32,000 nucleotides of DNA. Origin: Mycoplasma mycoides subsp. capri (lineage in GTDB: Bacteria; Bacillota_I; Bacilli_A; Mycoplasmatales; Mycoplasmataceae). The stretch lies in the NCBI RefSeq assembly GCF_018389705.1, contig NZ_CP065581.1:900001-932000 (forward strand), in the 5' to 3' direction. Both the position numbers and the translations under genes were made by a program. The notes below the pieces were generated by a model, which saw nothing but the letters and a program-made list of their open reading frames with translations, was not told where the DNA came from and searched no databases. Positions 20,899-29,689 of this stretch are shown piece by piece (the stretch's first letter is position 1; each line of letters starts with the position of its first letter).

Positions 20899-22308
20899 AT
20901 GGAAAAAATTTTAACAGTTCAAGAATTAAACGAAGCCTTAAAGACTCTAATTGAAAACAAACAAGAATTTAAAGATATCTATGTACAAGGTGAATTGTCT
21001 AATTTAACTTTTAATAAATCTGGTCATATTTATTTTTCTATTAAAGAACAAGATGCTGCTATTAATTGCATGATGTGAAAAACTAATGCATATAAAATAC
21101 AATCTTTAAACTTAGAAGATGGTATGCAAATAATTTGTTATGGGAGATTAACTTATTACATTCCAACAGGAAGAGTTAGTTTTGAAGTAAGAGATATCAA
21201 AATTTATGGTATTGGTGATTTACAAAAAATTTTTGAACAAAGATACAAAGAATTAGAACAAAAAGGTTGATTTGATCCAAATTTAAAAAAACCAATTCCT
21301 GAATTTGTTAAAAATGTAGGAATTATTACAGCTGATTCAGGAGCTGCAATTTATGATTTAATTAGAACTATTCATAGAAGACTGCCTCTGATTAATATTT
21401 ATTTATTTCCCGCTCAAGTTCAAGGAGATAAAGCTGAAAAAGATATTGCAAACAAAATAAAACAAGCTAATGATTTTAAAGTTCAATTAGATGTTTTGAT
21501 TGTTGGAAGAGGTGGGGGAAGTTATGAAGATCTTTGAGCTTTTAATGAATTAGAAGTTTTACAAGCGATAAAAAATAGTCAAATTCCTATAATTAGTGCT
21601 GTTGGTCATGAACCTGATTGAGTTTTATCAGATTATGTAGCTGATATTAGAGCAGCAACACCAACTGCAGCTGGAGAACTTGTAAGTAAAAGTATTATTG
21701 AAATTAAAAATCAGTTAAAACATTATTATCAAAACTATAAAACATTAATATTAAATAAATTAGATTTCTTTGATGAAAAATTAAATAACTATAAAAAAGA
21801 ACAAACCAAATATATAAAAAATAATTTTTCTTTTAAATATTTACAATTAAAACAATTAAGTATAGATAATACTAAATGAACAAAAAATAAAATAAATCTA
21901 GTAATTGATAAGCTAGAAAATTATAAGCAATCTATAAATAATTCAACTTTACATATCATAAATTCACAAAATAAAACACTTAAAAATTATTTAATTGCAG
22001 ATGAGCAAAAAATACTTAACTATTTAAAAAAACAAATAAGTGAATTTAATTACACAATATCAAGTTTTAAAGGACACATTAATCAAATATTAAAATATGA
22101 AGAGTTAAATTTTAATACACTTGAAAATAAACTTAATTCATTAGATCCTTTAAAACCTTTACAAAATGGATATAGCATAGTTACTAATTTAAATAATCAA
22201 AAAATAAGATCATATAAACAAGTTAAACTAAATGAAGATCTAAAAGTTATTTTAACTGATAGTAAACTAACAGTCACTATAAAAGAGGTGAAGATAAATG
22301 AGCAATAA
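20899..22308 (+). CDS. xseA: Exodeoxyribonuclease VII large subunit (469 aa)
   Basis: It is not in the ORF track because of many TGA codons. I translated the full frame from ATG 20899 and saw no TAA/TAG until 22306. It has an OB-fold N-terminus (VQGELSN...GHIYFSIKE), then GIITADSGAA, VGRGGGSYEDLW and SAVGHEPD. Confidence 0.9.
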
Positions 22309-22513
22309 AAATAAAAGTTATGATGAACTAATTTCTGAAATCAAAGAAGATACTAAAAAGCTATCAAGTAATGAAATTTCAGTTGAACAAGCAATGGAAA
22401 TTTTTGAACAAAACATTGAAAAAATTAAATTAGCAAAAGAAAAACTAACTCAATATAAAGGCCAAATTTATAAAGTAATGCAAGATGATGAGTTAGAAGA
22501 ATTTAAAGACTAA
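22298..22513 (+). CDS. xseB: Exodeoxyribonuclease VII small subunit (71 aa)
   Basis: Intact track ORF that overlaps the xseA end by 11 nt. Size, position and helical sequence are typical of XseB. Confidence 0.85.
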   Translation: MSNKNKSYDELISEIKEDTKKLSSNEISVEQAMEIFEQNIEKIKLAKEKLTQYKGQIYKVMQDDELEEFKD

Positions 22514-23331
22514 TGAAATTAAGATTAGATGAATATATCTATAAAAACAACTTAACACAATCAAGAAATAAAGCAAAAGAACATATTCTTAATAAAGAAG
22601 TTTATGTTAATAATATAGCTATTATAAAACCAAGTTTTTTAGTTGATAGTAATGATCTTATTGAAATCAGATCAACTAAATTAGAATATGTTTCAAGAGC
22701 TTATGAGAAACTTAAAAAAGCTATAAATAAATGAAATATTGATCTAACTAATAAAATTTGTTTAGATATTGGAGCTTCAACTGGTGGATTTACTCAGTGT
22801 TGTTTAGATAATAATGCTAGTTTAGTTTATGCTGTTGATGTTGGAACAGATCAATTACACTTATCACTTTTAAGTAATTTAAAAGTTATTAATATGAGTC
22901 AGTATAATTTTAGAAATGCTAAAAAACAGGATTTTTTAAAAAATATTGATTTTGTTTGTTGTGATGTTAGTTTTATTTCTTTAGAAAAGATTTTTTTACC
23001 TTTAAAAGATATTGTTGAATTTAATACAAGTGGGGTGTTTTTAATAAAACCTCAATTTGAATTACAACCTAAAAATATTAAAAATGGAAGAATTAATTCT
23101 AAACTAGATCATAAACAAGCAATCTTAAAAGTAATTAGTTATGCAAATAACAATAGTTTTGATGTTATTAATTTAGATTACTCTCCGATTCTAGGAAATA
23201 AAAAACAAAATATTGAATATTTAGCTTATGTTATTAAAAAAGAAAATAATTATAAAATTTGAAAAGAAGATCAAATTAATCAACTAGTAAATATAGCTTG
23301 AAAAGAATTAAAAAATAGGTTAGATCAATAA
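22513..23331 (+). CDS. tlyA: TlyA-type S4-domain rRNA 2'-O-methyltransferase (hemolysin A family, 272 aa)
   Basis: Track ORFs 22513-22734 and 22894-23262 are in frame. It has an S4-like N-terminus (RLDEY...SR..A) and the SAM motif DIGASTGGFT. The ATG overlaps the xseB stop (TAATG). Confidence 0.88.
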
Positions 23332-23342
23332 CCTATTTTTTT
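23311..23342. terminator. Hairpin shared by the overlapping 3' ends of tlyA and coaE
   Basis: aataggtt (23314-23321) / aacctatt (23330-23337), flanked by A5 and T7. The tlyA stop is at 23329-23331 and the coaE stop at 23320-23322. Confidence 0.6.
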
Positions 23343-23877
23343 GTATATAAAACTCTAGTTGATAAAAATTACTAATAACTAAATCAGGTTTTTTTCTTTT
23401 AATTGATTTATTTTGATTTCTTCTAATTCTTAAAATATCTCTTATATTAGTTTTGTCTCTTTTTAAAACTCTAAAAATAGATTTTAATAAACTAGATTTA
23501 ACTTTAACAATTAGATCTAAATTAGTTAAGTTTAATTCAAATAATAAAGCGGCTTCAATAATGTAATTAGTATTTGGATTGTTTTTGATTTCTTTTTGGA
23601 TTTGTTTACTGATTAGTGGTCATAATAAACTATCTACTTGTTGTTTTAGTTTTTTATTTGTAAAAAGTTTTTTTCTTAAATATTTTTTATCAACATTATT
23701 ATTTTTAATAATATTATTATCAATTTGAAATAATTTAGATTTAATCTCTTGATTTTCTAATACTTTTTTACTTACATTATCTGCATTAATGATTTTAAAT
23801 TCAGGATGAAAGTTTATAAATTTATTTGAAATATAAGTTTTACCAGATCCTATTTTGCCATAAATACCAATTATCAT
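23320..23877 (-). CDS. coaE: Dephospho-CoA kinase (185 aa)
   Basis: Track ORF 23620-23889 contains MIIGIYGKIGSGKTY (P-loop at the N-terminus, as in CoaE). The frame continues through TGA to TAA 23320-23322, which I translated by hand. I chose ATG 23877, one nt after the upstream stop. Confidence 0.8.
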
Positions 23878-23878
23878 T

Positions 23879-24154
23879 TTATATACCATGCATTCTAAGT
23901 TGTTTTTCAGCTGAAATTTCAGTTACTGTTATGATTAAGTTATTTGTTTTATTAACTACAAAAAAGATATTAGTATTAGAAGCTGAAATATAAATTTCAT
24001 TACCTGACATAAAACTTTTAGTTGAATTTCTAATATGTTCTAAACAGATTTCTTTTACTTCATAATCTTTTTTATCTTTTAGTTTAAGCCTTTCTTTAGC
24101 TCTTTGCAAGCCATGATAACTGAAACTAAAATTATGTCTGTAATAATAACTCAT
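23879..24154 (-). CDS. Small hypothetical protein resembling DUF4258-type toxin-like domains (91 aa)
   Basis: Track ORF 23879-24184. I chose ATG 24154 because GGAG lies 7 nt upstream. The sequence has SYHGLQRAKERLKL near the N-terminus and FFVVNKTNNLIITVTE near the C-terminus, which from memory matches the H-x3-R-x3-R ... hhhhITVh pattern of DUF4258. Confidence 0.55.
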   Translation of the reverse strand: MSYYYRHNFSFSYHGLQRAKERLKLKDKKDYEVKEICLEHIRNSTKSFMSGNEIYISASNTNIFFVVNKTNNLIITVTEISAEKQLRMHGI

Positions 24155-24207
24155 AACAACTCCACTATCAATATAAAATAACAAGTATTACACTTATATT
24201 ATTGTAC

Positions 24208-24330
24208 TTATTTGAAACTATATTTTTATCTAAATTAATTATTAATAAATAATTTGTTTAACTTTTTAACAAAAAGGGTAATTTTGCCCTTAATTTTAAA
24301 AAGTTTGCCAGAAAGTGATGAAAAAACAAG
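24208..24330 (+). repeat. Left ~120-bp direct repeat (contains 60-bp unit 1, core 24271-24326)
   Basis: It aligns by eye with 25841-25960 at roughly 90% identity with 2-3 indels. Confidence 0.85.
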
Positions 24331-24340
24331 ATAAAATTTA

Positions 24341-24401
24341 ATAAAAGAGGTAATTTTGCCCTTAATTTTAAAAAGTTTTTTGGAAAATGATAGATAAAAA
24401 A
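24341..24401 (+). repeat. 60-bp unit copy 2 (ataaaagaGGTAATTTTGCCCttaattttaaaaagtttt..ggaaaatgatagataaaaaa), immediately upstream of the ATPase SD
   Basis: Direct sequence comparison with units at 24271, 25901 and 26061. Confidence 0.85.
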
Positions 24402-24417
24402 CTCTAAAGAGGTGTTT

Positions 24418-25719
24418 ATGGAAATAAAAAGAGATTTCTATTTAAATATGCTTATAGAAAAAATGAATAACAAAAAGGTAAAAATTATTACAGGAATAAG
24501 AAGAGCTGGTAAATCATATATACTATTTAAGTTATTTTACAATTACTTACTTTCTAAACAAGTACCAAAAGATCAAATTATTACTATTGCTCTAGATAAT
24601 ATAGACTTTTTAGAGTATAGGCAACCATTAAAATTGAATGAATATATAAAGTCTAGAATAATGGATCAAAACAAACAATATTATGTCCTTATTGATGAAA
24701 TACAATATTGTGAAATAATTAAAAATCCTTATTTTCAAAACAGCAGTTATGATGTTAGTTTTGTTGATGTATTACTAAGTTTAGTTAAAAAAGACAATGT
24801 TGATGTCTATGTAACAGGAAGTAACTCTAAGATGTTATCAACTGATGTTTTTACTCAGTTTAGAGGACGTGGTGATGAAATTTATGTTAGTCCTTTATCT
24901 TTTTTTGAAATACAAAATTTGTTTGAAAATAAAAGACAAGCTTTAGATCATTATATGTTATATGGTGGATTACCTGAAGTTTATAATCTTCAATTAGACA
25001 AGAACAAAACTGAATATTTAAAAGATTTATTTGAAAAAATTTATATTAAAGATATATTAGATAGACATAATATTTATAAGGATAAGCTAGTACTAGAAAC
25101 TTTGTTGAATTTTATTTCTTCTTCAATAGGTTCACTTACAAATCCAAATAAATTATCTAAAAGATTTTTATCTAACATGGAAATAAAAATATCTTCTAGC
25201 ACTATTTCTAATTACTTAGATTATTTTGAAGAGTCTTTTATTATTTCTAAAGCTCAAAGATATGATGTCAAAGGAGCCAAATATTTTACTACACCTTTAA
25301 AATATTACTTTACTGATATTGGATTAAGAAACGCTTGATTAAACTTTAAACAAAACGAAGAATCACATATTATGGAAAACATTATTTATAATGATTTAAT
25401 AAGAAGAGGATATAGTGTAGATGTTGGTGTTGTTGAAATTAGACAAAAAGATGGTGAAGCGTTAAAAAGAACACAACTAGAAATCGATTTTATTGTTAAT
25501 ATATCTCATCAAAGATACTATATTCAATCAGCCTTAAATGTTGATACACTAGAAAAACGCCAACAAGAAACAAGATCATTAATAAATGTAAATGATTCAT
25601 TTAAAAAGATAGTTATTGTTAAAGAAGATATAATTCCAAGACATGATGATAATGGAATATTATATGTGGGACTAGAAAAATTTTTACTAGATGATAGTTT
25701 TTTAGATAGTCTAGTATAA
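24418..25719 (+). CDS. AAA+ ATPase of the AAA_14/DUF4143 (COG1373-like) type (433 aa)
   Basis: GAGG SD 6 nt before ATG 24418. Track ORFs 24412-25338 and 25372-25719 are in frame via TGA 25336. Walker A is GIRRAGKS and Walker B is YVLIDEIQ. The C-terminal region has a nuclease-fold-like pattern E..IYNDL..GY-(21 aa)-EIDFIV...YYIQSA. Confidence 0.8.
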
Positions 25720-25840
25720 AACTTTTTACACTAAGATATTTAACTATTAATTTTAGTAAATAAAAAATATATTAAAGTTCAAATTGTAATTATATGATAA
25801 ATCATATACTGAGGTATTTAATCATATTCAAATATTTTAA

Positions 25841-25960
25841 TTATTTGAAAATATATTTTTATCTAAATTAATATTCATAAATAATATGCTTAACTTTTTA
25901 ATAAAAAGGGTAATTTTGCCTTTAATTTTAAAAAGTTTACTAGAAAGTAATAAAAATAAG
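25841..25960 (+). repeat. Right ~120-bp direct repeat (contains 60-bp unit 3, core 25901-25957)
   Basis: It aligns with 24208-24330 (see above). Confidence 0.85.
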
Positions 25961-26060
25961 TCTTTTTTTAGAAATTTGAATTATAAATACTAGTTTATGA
26001 TTAGTATATTTAAAAATATTGCTGATTTTTTACAAAATTCATCACACTTTCTGAACTCAA

Positions 26061-26123
26061 ATTTAACAAAAAGGGTAATTTTGCCTTTAATTTTAAAATG
26101 TCCCTTGGAAAGTAGTAAGAATA
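26061..26123 (+). repeat. 60-bp unit copy 4
   Basis: atttaacaaaaaGGGTAATTTTGCCTttaattttaaaatgtcccttggaaagtagtaagaat shares the core and the downstream GGAAAGTRRTAA part with the other three units. Confidence 0.8.
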
Positions 26124-26312
26124 TATATTCTTTTTACATTAAAAAGAACTACTAAATGCAGTTCTATAAATTCAATATTTCTGAACCTAATGAAGTGTTT
26201 TAGATAAATTTATAAAACATACAATATCAAACTTTTATACGAAAAATTTATATGGAATTCCAGTGTTTTTTTTTCGTAAAATTATTATTTTACAAGTTTA
26301 GAGAGAAAATTT

Positions 26313-26334
26313 AGTCGGATTTCCGACTTTTTTT
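26313..26334 (+). terminator. Orphan rho-independent terminator with no gene upstream
   Basis: agtcgg (26313-26318) / ccgact (26323-26328), loop attt, followed by T7. It is GC-rich relative to its surroundings. Confidence 0.55.
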
Positions 26335-26440
26335 GCACTAAATTATTGATACATAACTCAAACAATAATTCTAAACATTAAAAAAGACATTTATTTTAAA
26401 CCATAAATACCATTTTTTATATTAAAAAAACTACCAAATC

Positions 26441-26495
26441 TCCTGAACCCCATTTTCTGGATTTTAGCCCATGTTTATGGTAGTGGGGAAAAAGG
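26441..26495 (-). repeat. Degenerate copy of the opp operon terminator
   Basis: gaaccccattttctggattttagccc...tggggaaaaa resembles aaaccccatttcctggattttattccag...atggggtttgaaaa at 26856-26899. Confidence 0.6.
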
Positions 26496-26855
26496 ATATT
26501 TAAAAATTTTATAAAGCAGCAAATTATTTGTAACTATATTGATTAATAAAAGAAATATTTATAATTTATAATAAACAATAATAAATATTTTTATTAGTGA
26601 TTTTATTTAAAAAGTAATTATAAAGTTACAATAGGTTGTAATATTTTTGATTTAATAGGTTATCTAAATTCATTTTTATAATTTTATTTTAATTAAAAAA
26701 TTATCTAGTAAACGATTTTTTAAATAGGTTAACATCTTCTAAAACCTGTAATATTCTTTGCTTGTTCATTATGTCTTTTTTTGAAATTAACTTGTATAGG
26801 CATTATTTTTTTTAATAAACATGTTGATAATTTATGATTTAGATTCAATATATAA

Positions 26856-26895
26856 AAACCCCATTTCCTGGATTTTATTCCAGAATATGGGGTTT
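26856..26895 (-). terminator. Rho-independent terminator of the opp operon
   Basis: Outer stem aaaccccat (26856-26864) / atggggttt (26887-26895), inner stem ctgga/tccag. On the minus strand it is followed by TTTTTAT. It lies 27 nt after the oppF stop. Confidence 0.8.
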
Positions 26896-26921
26896 GAAAA
26901 GACTTGTGTTCTTTTTGTTAT

Positions 26922-28244
26922 TTATTTATTTTGTTTTTCAAATTTATACACTTCTAATTCTTTATTTGTAGCTAATACAAAATGATTATTTCCAACATCA
27001 TGTCATTCAGGTTGATTATTTTCATCATATTTATGAATGTTATGATCATAAATTGAACCAATTAAAGAACCTTTTTCATTTTCAATTGAAGGAACAGCAT
27101 CTAATAAACTCTTAGTATAAGGATGATAAGCATTATTAATAATTTCATCAGTTGGTCCTATTTCTAATAAAACTCCTTTATTAATTACAGCAATTCTATC
27201 TGAAATATATTCAACCATTCTTAAGTCATGAGCAATAAATAATATAGTTAAATTATATTTTTTCTTTAACTCATTAAAAATATTAATAACTTGTGCTTGA
27301 ATTGAAACATCTAGAGCTGAAATTGGTTCATCAGCAATTAATAACTTAGGACGTAAAACAACAGATCTACAAATTCCTAAACGTTGTTGTTGACCACCAG
27401 AAAACTCTAAAGGATATCTTGATAAAACACTTTCGTCAAGTCCAACTTGTTTTAGAATTTCAACAATTAAACGGTGCTTACATTCTTTTTCACTAAGTTT
27501 TATTAAAGTTTGTCTTTGTAGTTGAGATTCAACTAATCTATTATAAATAGGAGTGTAAAATTCTTTATCATTTGCTTTTAAGTTATTTAAGATATTTAAT
27601 AAGTCTTCATATACAACTTTATAAGAATTATCTAGTGTATATGTTAGCTTAGTCATCTGATCAACATAATCAAATATTTTGTTAGTCAATTTATCAGAAT
27701 CTTTAATTTGACTAGTAGTATTGTTATAAACTTTTTCATCAAAATCTGTAATATAAATTAATTTTGCGTTTTTAGTATTTGATAATCCTTCACCAACTAC
27801 AGTCTTAACATCTTTAAAAGGATTTAATGAATTAGTTGGATCTTGGAAAATCATTTGTACTTTATTAACCATAAAATTAATAATGTCTTTATGTTTTTTA
27901 CTAAATTTGTTTGTTTTTTCTAAGTTTTTAGGAATGATTCTATCTAGTATTTTGATTTGACCAAAACTATGTGGAGTTAAACCAATAATACTTCTTCCAA
28001 TAGTTGATTTACCAGAACCAGACTCACCAACTAAACCTAGAACCTCTCCATCATAAATATTTAAATTTAGATCTTTAATAGCAGTAAATTCTTTTGCACC
28101 AAACCCATAAACAATATCTAAATTACGAATTTCAACAACAGTTTTTCTATTTTTATAAGCATTTAACATCTCATTAGTACCTTTTCTAATACTACGATAT
28201 AAAGCTTTTTTAAAAGGTTGTTTTTCAATATAATACTTACTCAT
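26922..28244 (-). CDS. oppF: Oligopeptide ABC transporter ATP-binding protein OppF, with a ~100-aa insertion (440 aa)
   Basis: Track ORF 27003-28244 extends through TGA 27003 to TAA 26922-26924, which I translated by hand. Motifs: Walker A GESGSGKST, Q-loop IFQDP, signature FSGGQQQR, Walker B LLIADEP. Confidence 0.9.
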
Positions 28245-29682
28245 TTATAGCCTCTTGTTGTTGTTTTAGTAATTGTTCGTTTTCTTTTAGTTTTAGTGCA
28301 ACTTTAATATTTTGTTGTTCTGATTTAGTTTTATAGTTGTTATAAACCATATCATCTACAAAAATATTTTCACCATAAAGATCATTAAGTATTTTGTCAT
28401 ATTTTTTTCATAAATTCAAAATAGTTTTTGATGGAGTGTAGTTTGGAGCTTGTGATCCTAATAAGTTACTTTTTACAAAATGAGTTGGTGAAATTTGATA
28501 AACTGGAGGTTCTTCGTAAAAATCAATATCTAATGCATAGTCATTTCTAACCGCAAAAGCATCACCTTGAATTTTATTTAAATTAGCTGGAACTGAACCA
28601 CGAATAACTTGTAATTTTTCACCTTTGTTATAATCTGGCATCGAAGTTATCAATCCTCAAGTATAAGGATGTTGAGGGTTTAATAAAATTTCTTCTTTAG
28701 TTCCAGATTCAACAATTTGACCAGCATACATAATATTAATAAAATCAGCAATTGAAGCAACTACTCCTAAATCATGAGTAATAAAAGCAATAGCTATTTT
28801 AAATTGTTCTTGTAATTCTCTAATAACATCTAAAACTAAAGCTTGCACTGTTGGATCTAAAGCTGTTGTTGGTTCATCCATTACTAAAATTTTTGGTTTT
28901 AGTGAAATAATACAAGCAATAGCAACACGTTGAATCATTCCTCCAGATAATTCATGAGGATATTTTTTCATAATTTGTTCAGGATTATTAATTTTAGTTA
29001 GTTTTAAATAATTTAAAGCTTGTTCATAAGCTTGTTTTTTTGTTTGAACAATTTTACTTACTAACATACCTTCTATAATTTGATTTCCAATTTTCATAGT
29101 TGGATCTAATATAGACATAGGATTTTGAAAAACAGCTGAAATCACTCTTCCTCTTAATTTAGATTTTTCTCACTGATATTCATTAAAATTATGAACTTCT
29201 AATCCATACAATTTAACACTTCCAGATTCAATCACTGAATTTGAACCACTTAATCCATACAATAAAGAAGTAATTACTGATTTACCAGAACCAGATTCAC
29301 CAATTAATGCATGAACTTTTCCTTCATAAATTTTTAAACTAGGTCCACGTAAGACTAAATTTTTTTCTTTAGGATTAGCTGGGTTTTTAAAAGATAAATA
29401 AACATCATCAATATGAGCAGCAACATTAACTAATTTTCCAAAAACTTCTTCTTGTTCGACATTTTTAAAAATATCAGTATTTTGTTCATCTTTATTCTTA
29501 TTAAAAAGATTTTTAACTACATTATATTTATGTTTTCAATAATCAATAAAGACTTGAATTATGGACTTATTATTTTTATCTTTGATTTCAAATAGATCTA
29601 ATGGAATTGGCATATTGTTATAAACAAGCGGTGTTTTAAACTTTTTACTATATCCTTGTTTGTTTTTAATTTGATCTTTCAT
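28237..29682 (-). CDS. oppD: Oligopeptide ABC transporter ATP-binding protein OppD, with N- and C-terminal extensions (481 aa)
   Basis: ATG at 29682. Track ORFs 28657-29145 and 28408-28653 are in frame. Motifs: Walker A GESGSGKS, LSGGMIQR, LVMDEPTTALD. I translated the tail to TAA 28237-28239. It overlaps the oppF start by 8 nt. Confidence 0.9.
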
Positions 29683-29689
29683 ATACTAC

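Noticed and set aside
24208-25960. Insertion sequence or transposon delimited by the 120-bp repeats
   Set aside because: The repeats are direct, not inverted. The enclosed gene is an AAA+ ATPase, not a transposase or recombinase. No target-site duplication could be recognised. I kept this as a repeat-bracketed cassette hypothesis only.
24262-26123. Possible CRISPR array formed by the four ~60-bp repeat units
   Set aside because: Spacing is irregular (about 10 bp, 1.5 kb and 100 bp), and one spacer would be a whole protein-coding gene. The repeats diverge in sequence, and there are no cas genes or leader-like organisation in the window.
26101-26123. GGAAAGT-containing segment of the repeat units, as a possible RNase P or SRP RNA conserved motif
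   Set aside because: Only a 6-7-nt resemblance exists. The flanking conserved helices of those RNAs are absent, and the motif is part of a four-fold repeat.
26701-26769. 22-codon minus-strand ORF (MNKQRILQVLEDVNLFKKSFTR) and similar mini-ORFs in the 1.2-kb gap
   Set aside because: It is too short, has no SD, and conservation could not be checked. It is mentioned only as a possible gene remnant.
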